Below, in pieces: positions 1 to 13,915 of a DNA stretch of 64,000 nucleotides. This DNA is from the human T2T-CHM13v2.0 reference genome, Homo sapiens, in assembly GCF_009914755.1 (NCBI RefSeq), contig NC_060939.1, one strand, 5' to 3'. Numbering within the stretch: position 1 is the first letter of the stretch; each line of letters starts with the position of its first letter. The notes below the pieces were generated by a model. That model saw only the letters and a program-made list of their open reading frames with translations. It had not been told where the DNA came from and did not search any database. Position numbers and translations under genes: made by a program.

Positions 1-498
1 TTCCACAGTTACAGGCTTCTCTCCTGGAAGCCAAAGCCCTCCCCGCCATGGGTGCCCCTCTGTCAGCCTTAATGACAACTCAGGCCTCCAACAGGGCAAG
101 ATAACAGGAAGCATTCCAGGGAGCCAAAGGATAAGACATGCGCAGGGTGTGATGTGGAAGAGTGAAAGGTGGAGATAGAGGGGAGGAGACAGGCAGAGCA
201 CAGAAAGTGGGAGGGAAAGGGCACTTTGGAAGCAGCTGTTTATTTACAGTTGAGGCCTTCCTGGGAAATCAAGGTCACCTCTTCCTAAAGCCAGTTCTCC
301 AAGCTCTGCTTGTCAAAGCTTTGCTAGTTGTGTTCAGGCTGTGTGCTTGAAAGTAACATTGCTGCCCTTTGGAGGAAATGCTAGTTAACTCAGGCCTTCT
401 GCAGACAAAGCCTGGCCTTCCCACCTGCTGACCCCTTTCTTTTCTGGTGATCACCTGCTGGGTTCCCCCATTATGTCCACTCTACAATGTGCACGTGA

Positions 499-535
499 TG
501 TGTGTGTGTGTGTGTGTGTCTGTGCGTGTGTGTGT
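499..535. repeat. (TG)n microsatellite
   Basis: Direct reading; interrupted. Confidence 0.95.
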
Positions 536-959
536 TTCCAAAGGAAAGAGGGCTGAGCACGAATAACAGCAATACATCTATCATCCTTTAAGCTTTACCC
601 TGATCCAAGATTGCTCTCAACAAATTCTCACAATGATCCCTCAAAGTAGATCTTTTTATTAACTCTTTTTACAGGTACAGAATCGTGGGTCACACAGCTA
701 AGAACTAGCTGAGCTGGAACTTGAGCCCAGGCCTGCCTGATTCCAAGACAATTAGTCAAAAAGTCCTCTCTGGGGGTGCACTGAGGTGGGAGCTTCATCT
801 TTTCTGGTTTCATCCTGAAACACTACCACGTGTGGTTTACTTCATCATCCCCTTTGAACCATTAACTCTACCCTCTACCCAGCCCTGGAGATGTACAAAA
901 GCTAAAAAAAATAGACAAAACATGGTAACAGGGTATCAACAGAGACTCTGAGGAGCAGT

Positions 960-1335
960 ACTTGGTCCAGATTGAGGGGAGGCTTTTAGGGACTATTTCT
1001 TGAAGGATGAAACATCTAAGCTGAAACTTGAAGGGTGAGTAGGAACAGACAGGGATAGTGGAAAGGTATTTAGGCAGAGATGAGAGTCTGTGCGAAGGTC
1101 TGGAGGCGTGGAATACCAGGGCTTCTTCAGGAAACTCACTGGTCATTTGGTATGGGCGGATCCCTGGGAGTAGCAGAAATGCAGTTGGTGAAGGTAGCAA
1201 GTACGTACCTATCCTCCTAAGGAACTTGGACTTCATCACAAGGAGATGACAGGGAGGCACTGAAGGATTTCAGACAGGAGAACAATGAGTTCAGACTCCT
1301 GTTTGAGTTGAGCACTGCTCTTTCTACTTTCAGAA
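960..1335 (-). mobile_element. LINE-2 fragment
   Basis: L2 antisense hallmarks (…acatctaagctgaaacttgaagggtgagtagga…, …gaggcactgaaggatttcagacaggag…). Confidence 0.65.
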
Positions 1336-1342
1336 AGGCAGC

Positions 1343-1498
1343 TGTGACATTGTGGACAGCACCTGGAGCCCTGATGTTTAATTCCAAATTGGACCTTAAG
1401 CAAGTCACTTCCTCTCTTGGAACTCAGTTTCCTTATTTGTAAAAACTGAAGAGGTTGACCAGATGGCCACTTGGATCATTTCCAGCTCTTATATTCTA
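1343..1498 (+). mobile_element. MIR/MIR3
   Basis: gaccttaagcaagtcacttcctctcttggaactcagtttccttatttgtaaa core. Confidence 0.75.
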
Positions 1499-1592
1499 AG
1501 ACAAAAAACTATGACCTCTCCAGGGGAAACAATGAGGATACCAGATCTCTTTCTGGTTTTTTGATTCCTCTAGAGTATACTATAGAACTGAA

Positions 1593-1691
1593 GAAGGCAG
1601 TTGGATGTAAGAGTTTAGAGTTCAAGACAGAGGTCTAGCGGGAGAGAAGCATTTAGGAGCCCTCGGTATACACAACATTTGAAACCCTAGG
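1593..1691 (-). mobile_element. LINE-2 fragment, inverted relative to its neighbour
   Basis: ggcagttggatgtaagagtttagagttcaagacagaggtct is the antisense of the L2 segment at 1706-1803. Confidence 0.65.
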
Positions 1692-1705
1692 TCATCTCAC
1701 CCAGT

Positions 1706-2995
<1,290 letters not shown>

Positions 2996-3099
2996 CAACG
3001 TGACAAGGTCACATGTCTAGAAAGCATAGGGCAGAGATTTGAATCCAGACACAACCTGCTTGAGGGCTTCAAGCCCAACCACTGTGCGGTTCTTCCTGT

Positions 3100-4030
3100 T
3101 GATGACGGGGCGGGCTGGGGAAATCTGAGGTCCCTCAGCAATTCAGTCCTATACTTAGGGGAAGAGCCGCGGGGCTGGGGGGTGGGTAGGTAAGGACAAG
3201 AACACAGTGTGGCTTTTCCCAGCCCTTCCTCTACTCGCTGCGGGGTGTGCTTGGTTTTAACAGCACTGGCCATGGGGTCGTGTGGGCGCAGGGGCAGTCT
3301 TCAGGGAAGACAGGATGGGGGTACATACGGAGGGACACTTCTGTCCCCTCAGGGCAGCAGAAAGCACGGACTCTCCGAAGGAGAAAGGCCAGGTGGGAAG
3401 GAGGCGCCAGACCTTCGCCGAATTACCTCCCCGGAGAAAATCCACGCGGGGACCTTGGGCAGCAGAACCCTAATGAAGGGACCCTGGCAGGAGGCAGGAC
3501 CACAGAAATTCAGAAGAAAGAGCGAGACGGCACGGTGGGGCCTCCCGGGACGTTCTTCGCGAAGGACGCGCACATTGCAGGGCGCAAGCGTGCCCGGGAC
3601 GCTGCTGGAGGCGCCGTCGCTCCGCGGCGGAGGCGACCCAGTTTCCCAGCTCTCGTCCTCGCCACTTCCTCTGCACGGGCTTCCAGGAGACTCGGCCTCC
3701 GTCGGCGACGCTGGCCCACGCGCCCACCGCCCCCCGCCGCGGCCGCGCTCTCCCCTTGCACGCGCGCCGCCCGCCCACCCCGTGCGCCGCCGCTCACCCA
3801 CCCACCTGTGCACACCCTGGCTGGTCGTGGAACGCATCTCCCAGGAGTCCCCAGCAGACTCCAAGACTCTGGGGTCTCGCTCTTGGCTGCAGCGTCAAGA
3901 CTGGCTGCACAGATGGCCTTGCTGCACATGAAAAAAAGCCATCGGCAGGCTGGGGACCCTGAGCCCTCTGATCTCTTGGCGAAACGGGATTCTCTGTCCA
4001 CGAGAATCTAAAGGGCCTGGTTTCTTTGCC
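3100..4030. promoter_or_regulatory. Orphan CpG island about 32 kb upstream of SMAD3
   Basis: High CpG density at 3400-3850 (e.g. CCCCCCGCCGCGGCCGCGC); not a repeat; no credible CDS. Confidence 0.85.
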
Positions 4031-4321
4031 CTCTACCTCCTCCTCCGTGCATGTGGAGCTGGGGAAAGGCTGAAGTCTGGAAGTTGGGTCACCCGGCTTC
4101 CTGTCTCACTGCTGTCTCTCGCTTGCTGTAAGACCTTAGACCAGTGACTCCCGGTCTCAGATTCCCTAACTTTAAAGCCAGCAGTGTAGATAAGATGGTC
4201 TCTCCCGTTCCTCCAGGACAGGGATTGGGTCCTATTTTTTCTCATGATCCCCGTATTGAAAAGCGGGAGAGTACATTCGGTTTAAGAATGATTGTTCCTA
4301 TTGTAATGTATTCCTGTTGGG

Positions 4322-4322
<1 letters not shown>

Positions 4323-4356
<34 letters not shown>
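4323..4356. repeat. (TG)17 microsatellite
   Basis: Direct reading. Confidence 0.97.
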
Positions 4357-4362
<6 letters not shown>

Positions 4363-5227
4363 GAACCAGATGTTTTCATCCCATGTGCAAAGTCCTAAAT
4401 GGCCCCCATTGTCCTGCAGCTGGGGACACAGAGCAGAGATTTCACACACATGCCAAATTCATCTTAAGGTTCAGTTAAACCCCGAGCTCAAGGGACCAAA
4501 CCACAACCCACCTGGCCAAAGTTTTCTGTTTCCCGAAAACTCCCCTGCACCTTTGAAGAGGGATGATGTCCCAGAGTTGTGGCTCTGTCCCAACCCCCTC
4601 CTGAGAACGGATGAGCCTCAAGGTGGAAGCCTGGGGGAGTGGAGAGCAAGCTGTGTGGGAATCAGGGTGAACCTAAAGTGAGGCCCCAGTTGGAAAGACC
4701 GGGTCTGCTCAGTGGCAGGTACTCAGGAGGGGACAGGTTTTTAGAGCTTCAGATGGAAGCCATCTAGAAAATTATACCTTACAACTGCAGCCATACCTGG
4801 CACTTTTGTAAGCACCTCTCCAGTGCCAGCATCGTCCAAAATAAGGGTGTAATGTTGAGGTCATTACTGTGGGCAAAAGGGGGCTCACCTCAGCTGGAAC
4901 CTCCTGAGAAGTGTACAGAAGTCCTCCCTGACAAGTATGAAACTGGGGTTCAGAGAATTTAAATCGCCTGCCCAAGGTCACACCGCTGGGGAGTAAGGCA
5001 TTGGCCAGCAGGGATTAGAACCTTCTGTTGTCAGAGCTCGTGATTTTCCCATAATACTACAGACCAGGGTCTAGTTAGGCTCTGACTCGTGGGGGACTTT
5101 GGGCCCATCACCTGACCTCCCTCTGGAGGTGGCTCAGTTTCTCACCTGGGCGGGGGATGATGAAGGACCTAGGGAGAGAAATCACAGAAACAGGGGAGGT
5201 GCTCACAGCATAGCAGAGCATGAGCAG

Positions 5228-5797
5228 GGCACAGGGTTGGGGCTGTCATCCTAGGCATGGGGTGTGGGTGGGGGTGTCATCCTGGGCATGGGGTGGGGGT
5301 GGGGTGTCCTCCTGGGTGTGGGGTGGGGAGGGGTATCATCCCAAGCACCGGATTGTGGTGGGGTGTCATCCTAGGCATGGGGTGTGGGTGGGGGTGTCAT
5401 CCTGGGCATGGGGTGGGGGTGAGTGTCATCATGGGCATGGGGTGGGGATGGGGGTGTCATCATGGCACGGGGTGGGGGTGGGGTGTCTTCCTGGGTGTGG
5501 GGTGGTGAGGGGTATCATCCTGGGCACAGGGTGGTGGTGGGGTGTCATCCTGGGCATGGGGTGGGGGTGGGGCTGTCATCCTGGGCACCGAATGGGGTGG
5601 AGGTGTCATCCTGGCCACGGGGTGGGGGTGGGGCTGTTATCCTGGGCACAGGGTGGGGGTGGGGGTGCCATCTTGGGCATGGGATGGGGTGGAGGTGTCA
5701 TCCTGGGCTTGGAGTGGGGGTTTCATCCTGGGCACAGGGTGGGAGTGGAGGTGTCACCCTGGGCAGCGAGTAGGGGTGTGGGTGGGGGTGTCATCCT
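5228..5797. repeat. G-rich minisatellite, ~30-bp unit (GGGGTGTCATCCTGGGCATGGGGTGGGGGTG), ~19 copies
   Basis: The TCATCC-type core recurs every ~29-31 bp; it also produces the Gly/Trp/Val-rich spurious ORFs. Confidence 0.97.
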
Positions 5798-6342
5798 GCT
5801 GTGTACGGGCACCAAGGAAGAATGAGGAGCCATGTATGAAGGGAGACTCTGGGAAGCCAGGCTGCCCACCTCACTTCCCTTCTCCTCGCCCTCCCCCAGC
5901 CACAGTCTCCCCAGGCTGGGAGACCTCAAGTCTGATTGCGCCAACACCTGGTTTGCATTAAGAAGTTCCTGACTGCTGAAGGAAGCCTCCCATAGAGACT
6001 TACTCTTCCCGATTACATAGGGCTTTACAACTTACCAAGTATTTCCAATCATTTTTAATTTTTATCTTCCCACACCTCTTTGAGGTGAGCAGAGAAGGCG
6101 TTGTTATTATCCCAATTTTACAGCTCCATGGAAGGGAACTTGCAGACCACAGCCCAGCCCCCTCCCTTTATAGACACATTAATGTGGCCCAGAGAGGAGA
6201 GGCTACTTGTCCAAGGCCACACAGGTAATGCATGGCAGAGTCAGGACAAGAAATGAACTCTCTTGGCTGACAGGCCGATGTTCTTGCTAATGCACTCACC
6301 CAGGACGTCCAGACTCCCGGGATTTCCCTGGGAAGTTGCTTA

Positions 6343-6629
6343 GGCTGGGCGCAGTGGCTCATGCCTGTAATCCCAGCACTTTGGGAGGCCAAGACAAGTG
6401 GATTGCTTGAGGCCAGGAATTCGAGACCAGCCTGGCCAATATGGTGAAACCTTGTCTCTACTAAAAATATAAAAATTAGCCGGGCGCGCCTGTAATCCCA
6501 GCTACTCAGGTGGCTGAGGCAGGAGAAGTGCTTGAACCTGGGAGGTGGAGGTTGCAGTGAGCCGAGACTGTGCCACTACGTTCCAGCCTGGGCAACAGAG
6601 CAAGACTATTTCAAAAAAAAAAAAAAAAA
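6343..6629 (+). mobile_element. AluS
   Basis: Full dimer with poly-A. Confidence 0.93.
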
Positions 6630-6636
6630 TCCCCTC

Positions 6637-6950
6637 GACTGGGCATGGTGGCTCATGTCTGTAATCCCAACACTTGGAGAGACCGAGTCGGGAGGATCAC
6701 TTGAGCCTAGGAGTCAAGAGCAGTCTGGGCAACATAGGAAGCCCCCATCTCTAAAAGAAAAATAAACAAATTTAAGCTGGGCATGGTGGTGCATGCCTGT
6801 GGTCCCAGCTACTTGGCAGGGCTGAGGTGGGAGGATCGCTTGAGCCCAGGAGGTTGAGGTTGCAATGAGCTAAGATCACGCCATAGCACTCCAGCCTGGG
6901 CAACAGAGCAAGACACTGTCTCAAAAACAAAACAAAACAAAACAAAAAAC
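6637..6950 (+). mobile_element. AluJ
   Basis: ggaggatcacttgagcc diagnostics; (AAAAC)n tail. Confidence 0.9.
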
Positions 6951-7402
6951 AAGTCCCCTTAACAGCATTTTCCCCAATGTCTGCCTTTTCTTCATGAAAG
7001 TTGGGTGAAGATTAGGGAAGAAAAAAGATTGTGTCTTGACTTTGGCCCTGCCTTCCTGTTCTGGGTTAGGTGAGGGGAGGGGGCTGGTGAAGGGTGAGTG
7101 AAGGGTGTGGTGGCAGCCAGCCGGGGTTCCCATGGTGCCCTGCAGCCACACAGTCAGTGGTGGCTAACCCCTACCCTTCTCCTTTTCCATCCTATTTTCC
7201 AACCCTGGCCTGTGGTTATTGATGACCACACCGCTCCTCTGTGGCCTACAAGAACCCTCTTCAGCAAGGATTCACTTAATCACAACCAGAGGGCAGAAAA
7301 AGTGGACTCGGGCATTTTTTTAATAACCAGCAGCTACAAAGAGGACTGAAACAAATTGAGTTTTATTAAAAGAATCCTCCATTAGCCAGAAAATGTTATT
7401 AC

Positions 7403-7586
7403 CTTGCATCCTCTCCTCCCTGAGCTTTCTGCTTAATAGAGTATTGATTGAAACATACATTTCCAAAGTCTGGTCTCAGAGGAGTGGAAGGGGAAAAACC
7501 CAAATAATTCAGAAATGAAGAGACCTCTTGCAGAAATGCAAGAGACCTAGCTGAAGTATTATTCTCTGATAGATTTTGGAGGGATG
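7403..7586 (-). ncRNA. Candidate internal exon of a minus-strand (SMAD3-divergent) lncRNA
   Basis: On the minus strand: acceptor cttaattaattgtttttctttccag| and donor AAG|gtaata. A perfect donor GAG|gtaagt at 7862/7861 lies 275 nt upstream. Confidence 0.4.
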
Positions 7587-9619
7587 CTGGAAAGAAAAAC
7601 AATTAATTAAGCAAGTAACAGGCTGAGGTCTGGCCTGAAGCAAAAGTTTTGTGGCTGAGCTATAAAAAGGTTAAGTGTCTAAGGGAAAACCCAGAAGCAT
7701 TCTAACCAGCTGCTCAAATGGGTGCTGCTATAATTCCATAGTTTGCACCTGACCTGGGCAACAGCTGGCTCTTGGCTCCCAGCAGGGAGAGTGTGTCCCT
7801 ACTGATTGATCCAATTGAGAAATTCCTCTTCCACTTTGTACTTTGAAATCCAATAACTTACCTCCTTTCTTCCTCCCCCAACCCCAAAGACAGAAAATTA
7901 GCCAGTTGGGTGAATGGACTTCATAAGTGATTCATCATATCAATATCATATCAGGGATGCTAAAGACTGCCCTTTGAGGGTAAGTAGGCAACCATCTTGA
8001 GCTCAATTTTCCTCCCCCAATATGATCCTGAACATCCAATGGCTCCCTGCTACCTTTAGGATAAAGCCTAGGCTTCTTTGCATGCATCTCAAGTCCTCCA
8101 AACTGAAACTCACATTATCTTTCCAACTTAATCTAACAATTCTACATCATATGCCATCTGCCCCAGCCAAGCTACTAAGTCTTTCTTACCTATTCATTCG
8201 GATTCTTCCCAAAAAATGTGAGGGCCAGAGAAAAAAGATAATCTCAATGAAATCTTCCCTTTCCTTCCCCAGGATAGACTACAGACTTTCTGACCTTCCT
8301 CTCCCATTGCTTCCAGGATATGCCCCACCCTCCCCAGCCTGACTTCCCAAGCTTTTTTCAGCTTTGCTTCCCTGCCCTGCCTTCAGCATGGATGCTCTGG
8401 GTCCTGTTTTTGACCTTACACAATTACAAGTGTGACCAATTTAGTCCATTATCTGCATGTATTGTATTTGTCCAACCACACAGTAAAAATACCGAACTTC
8501 TGAATGACGGAACAAATGAATTTGCAATCAGCCCTTCACAAATACTTCATGGCAAGGCAAGGATAGAATGATTTGCTCAAGGGATCTTCAGTCTAGGGAT
8601 TTGCTCAAGGGAACTTCATACACAGAGAGGTGAACTATGATAATAATCCATTAGTAGCCTAAAGGTTAGTTCATTTAAGTGACCAGTTTAGTTAGGGGTT
8701 GTTGGCACATCAAAGCAATGTTTATTAAACCTGGCAAAGTGTCACTTTGTGCTTGGGTACCTCAAACTTTTCTAGAGCTAGATGATAACATCTGCTTTCT
8801 TTTCAAGAGAAAAATAGTTTCCTTTCCCTGAGCATACAACATCTTTGTTTCCTCTGTTAACTAAGATGTCAGGCTGCCTTGAGTTATTTAAAGAGACAGA
8901 AAATGCCTTTGTTTCTCAGCAATATTCCCCTTGGATTCCTTTCACTGACAGCAAACAGCTACCTTGTTATAAGATGTATTTGCTTGCTTTAAAAAGGATA
9001 TCACTCTATCTATCTAAACTCCACTTGCTGGTTTCCATCTTTACTTAGGATTTCTCTGGTCCCCTAAAGTCATTTCTGTGTATATTGCACTTCTTCGACA
9101 TTGATATGGAAAGACCCCAAGCTTCATCTTCCTTTTCCTGAGAAAAAAACCCTCCTCCTCCTTTTTAAGGGCTAATAACTCCATTTTGCAAACATACCAT
9201 TTCAACCCCAGCAGTTGAAACCAAAGGATGCGGCTGCTTTGCTAAAACCAGATAAATGGGGCGGCTGCCCTGGTTACCGCAGAGACAAAAGCCCACTTTC
9301 CAGGAGAATGAGGGCCACATCTGGGAGCCTCAGGCCTCGCCCCTTCCCCCTTGCTGAGGCCCCTTGCTTTCTGCTCAAATAGGAGTGGAGGAAGAATAGT
9401 TTCTGCTGCTGACTTGTGACTTTGTGGCGCCTCAGCGGGGGAGCAGAGGGGAGGGAGCACTAATCTAAGACTTGTCTGGTCTAGCGGGAGGGCCCTGGGC
9501 TGGGGGCCTGGAGGCCCAGGCTCTCGCCTAAGCCAGCTGTTTGGTGACCTTAAGCAAATCATCTTCTCCTCTCTGGGCCTCAGTTTCCCCAGCCATATAA
9601 TGAGGGACATTTATGAATT

Positions 9620-10055
9620 ATTTTGGTTTCAGTTTCCCCAGAAGCTTGAGTCAAGGATTCAAGTGTGAGTAATAGGTCATTTAGAAGGTGATCCCTAGAA
9701 ACTCAGGTGAAGGGTGTGGAAGTGAGACAGAGAACGGAAGGAAGCCAGTGTGAGGCATGCTGCTGAGCAGGTTGTCACCACAGGCAACTGGTGTTGGAAA
9801 CACTCTGGGAGACAGAGTTGGAAAACACACCTCAGAGTTCATCTGCCCAAGGGGTAAGGAAACTGGGGATTTATCCACCAAATGCTCGTCCCTCATTCAT
9901 AGAGGGCTGTTCGCCAGGGATATCAATTCTTGGGCACTTTGGGCTTTGCCCCACGCTGGCCACAGTGCTCATGGGTATTAGATGTGAGCGACCTGAATTC
10001 AGTGTGGAGGTGAGTGCTGAGGAGATGGGTCAGGGCACCGACAGCATCCGCTCTA
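9620..10055 (-). mobile_element. ERVL-class solo LTR (LTR33/LTR16-like) inserted in a MIR
   Basis: caaggattcaagtgtgagt…gaagtgagacag…aacacacctcagagtt…ggggatttatccacca resembles old ERVL LTRs; MIR core at 9480-9608. Confidence 0.6.
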
Positions 10056-10602
10056 ATAATTGACCTTTACAGCCCTGAAAAGCTGTGAATTTGCACTTGG
10101 GCAAAGTAAGCAAACCTAGGGCTTTGGTATGATAGGCAGGGCAAAAGAACTGTATTCTGTGCAATCAATGACAGTCCCCTACTTCCTTCCCCATGGTTCT
10201 AGACCTCTAGGCTGTTCCCAGGGAGAACAGAACAGAAATAAAGTTCATCTCTAACTATTTAGAATGGTGAATTTACCCACTGGCCAGAGAAGATGATGAA
10301 ACTATAGAGACTCCATCCCACCTTCCTTTCCCATTGCTTCCAGGATATGCCCCACCCTCCCCAGCCTGGCTTCCAAAGCATTTCTCAGTCTGATTCCAAG
10401 ATATCTTTTCTTTTTTTTTTTTTTTTTCGTTTTTTGCTTCCCAACACAAACCACCCACCACTGTTAGGTTTTCTCTCTCCTCACTTCTACGTAGGCCATT
10501 CCTACAGATACCCCTACAGTATCTTTCATCTTATTGACTGGTCAGAATTCTAAATGTCTTTCAAGGACCAGTGCTATTTCACCTTCTCCAGGAAGTGCTT
10601 CA

Positions 10603-10980
<378 letters not shown>

Positions 10981-11232
10981 GAAAGAAAGAAAGAAAGAAA
11001 AAGGGAGAAGGAAGGAAGGAAGGAAAAGGGGAGAGAAGGTAGAGAAGGAAGGAAGGAAAAGGGAAGGGAAGGTAGAGAAGGAAGGAAAAGGGAAGGGAAG
11101 GTAGAGAAGGAAGGAAAAGGGAAGGGAAGGTAGAGAAGGAAGGAAAAGGGAAGGGAAGGTAGAGAAGGAAGGAAAAGGGAAGGGAAGGTAGAGAAGGAAG
11201 GGAAAGAAGGGAAGAAGGAAAGAAGGGAAGAA
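10981..11232. repeat. Polypurine minisatellite, 29-33-bp unit AGAGAAGGAAGGAAAAGGGAAGGGAAGGT
   Basis: About 6 units in an almost pure A/G tract extending from an Alu tail. Confidence 0.95.
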
Positions 11233-12184
11233 AGAAAGATCCTTCTTCTCTGAGTATCTATTGCCTCCAGCACGCATCCAGCCTATGCACACTAGACTCT
11301 GTCATTTCTCAGAGGCATGCCTGGCCTCCCTCAAATGGGAGACAACTTCTTTATACTACTTGGGTGCCTATCTCCCAGTCCCTAGCAAGTATCCTAGAGA
11401 CAGGAAATGTTGAAATAAAGAACAGTTTGGCAAGTATTTATTGAGCACCTGAGTATACAGACACTGTACAAGGAGCAATGGGGTAACTCAAAGGTAAGTA
11501 AGATCCCACCATGGCCATAAAGAATTTCAGAGTCAAAGTTGTCCTAGGTAATAGAAAGTCAGGATTTGCAAGAATGGCTCTTGGGGATCATCAGCTCTAA
11601 GTGCCTCCCTTCATAGATGCGGAATCACAGAAGAAAATGACTCACCTAAGGTCACATAGCTAGTGAGTAGTTCTACATTAATTTGTTGCTAACAGAGGGC
11701 CCCAGGCTGTCCTTTTTTTTTTTTTTTTTGATCATTTGTGCAAGTTCAGAAACAATCTTCTTTCTTTTCCTTTGTCTTTTTTTCCACTTTAAAGGAAAAT
11801 GAAATTTACTGGCTTCTCTTTCTAAAGAGAAGGGGCAAGGAATAAAAATACCAGTTATGTAATAGTCATTTGCCTTAGTCATGCAGCCCTGCCGGAGTGC
11901 TGTTCGAACAGAAAGATGATTAAGTTAAACACTGCATATTTATTCCCCTGCGGTCACCCTAATTGGTTCTGCCGCTGTAATTGATTTGACAGGTTATTTT
12001 TACTCAGAATGAGCTGGGTTCCTCTGCTGGCTTGCAGATTTGCTCTTGCTCTTCGAGTCCAGGCCGGCAATTGTCCAGATGGCCAGATGTGGCTGATTTC
12101 TACCTGAGGAGGGGGAGGGGGGTCCTCAACCTAGCCTGGGGAGAACTGAGCTTGCAGTGTGAATGTGTGAAGGTATGAGTGCTT

Positions 12185-12185
12185 G

Positions 12186-12227
<42 letters not shown>
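12185..12227. repeat. (TG)n microsatellite
   Basis: Direct reading. Confidence 0.95.
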
Positions 12228-12230
<3 letters not shown>

Positions 12231-13012
12231 GGGTTGATGGGGGAAGAAGGATAGAGAAGCTCAATGTCATGCTTCAAGGGATCAAACTGGGAAGGAGCTA
12301 GGAAAAAATTCAACATGACATGAAACTATGTTAAGGATTTTATTCTGAGGGCAGAGAAAGTCTTATATGGTTTGGAACAGAGGAATGGAAGACCATGTGG
12401 GGGAGAGCTTTTTGCCTACAGAGGCTTCTGTACTTTTTGTCTATTCCAAGCAGCCACCTCTTCCCACCACTGCAAACTGCTCCCCAGAGTACAAAGTACA
12501 TAGAACCAGTGTTCTCGGGTAGCCTGCAGCACCAGCCACCTACACATCCTTCCTCATCTTTGCACGCAGCTCAGTGCCTCCCGCTTTGCCTGCTATGAGG
12601 GGAGAGTGTGCTGGCAAATGCTCAGAAACCCATGGGAGACCTCTAGAAGTTGGCAGGGACCCCTTGAGGGAGCTGGCCCCCTGCAGAGAGCCAGGCCATG
12701 GGTTATTAGAACCATCTCAGTGATAATGTGTGACTTCGAATATCAACTAACCTTTGAACTTCAGAGTCTTAATCATGTATCAATGTGGGATAACCATAGG
12801 CTCTGTCCCATCCCCTCACTAGGTTATGACAACAGTAACCACAAGTAATAATCACAGTATGTCAAGGTCTGAATCAAATGCTTCCTGCCGTGCACGATCA
12901 CATGCTATCTTCACAGTGTGATCGAGAAGGAGTTATTATTATCCTTCCTTACAGATAAGGAAGCTGAGGTTCAGAGAGTTGAAAAACTCTACTATGGGAA
13001 TACAGCTCATGA

Positions 13013-13359
<347 letters not shown>

Positions 13360-13610
13360 CAGCTACTGTCTCTTAACACTACAGTACTTCATTCAATATA
13401 TGCCAGAAAAAAAAAATTGAAACTTGCTGAATGGTCAACTGCTATGAAGCATGTTAACATGAAATTGTTACCATATCCAGAGTACTAGAATGCTGTGGAG
13501 ACAATGTGTGGGAAGAGCAGCCCCACTATCTGCTAGTTTTCTAACTTCTCAGACATTATCCTTCTCATGTGTAAAATGGGAAAAATAATATCCATCTCAC
13601 ATAGTCATTC

Positions 13611-13915
13611 TTTTTTTTTTTTTTTTTTTTTTAAGACAGAGTTTCGCTCTTGTTGCCCAGGCTGGAGAGCAATGGCGCGATCTCTGCTCACCACAACCTC
13701 CACCTCCCAGGTTCAAGGGATTCTCCTTCCTCACCCTCCTGAGTAGCTGGGATTACAGGCATGCACCACCACACCCGGCTAATTTTTGTATTTTTAGTAG
13801 AGATGGGGTTTCTCCATGTTGGTCAGGCTGGTCTCGAACTCCCAACCTCAGGTGATCTGCCCACCTCAGCCTCCCAAAGAGCTGGGATTACAGGCGTGAG
13901 TCACTGCATCTGGCC
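13611..13915 (-). mobile_element. AluS inserted in a MIR
   Basis: Poly-T head; TSD TCACA(T/C)AGTCATTCT. Confidence 0.93.

Noticed and set aside
3209-4011. 240- and 254-aa ORFs in the upstream CpG island
   Set aside because: GC-driven open frames on both strands with no protein-family signature.
5228-5797. Possible CRISPR-like array
   Set aside because: Eukaryotic DNA; units are directly tandem with no unique spacers and no cas genes.
5220-5961. Gly/Trp/His/Cys-rich repetitive ORFs
   Set aside because: Translations of the minisatellite, open in several frames.
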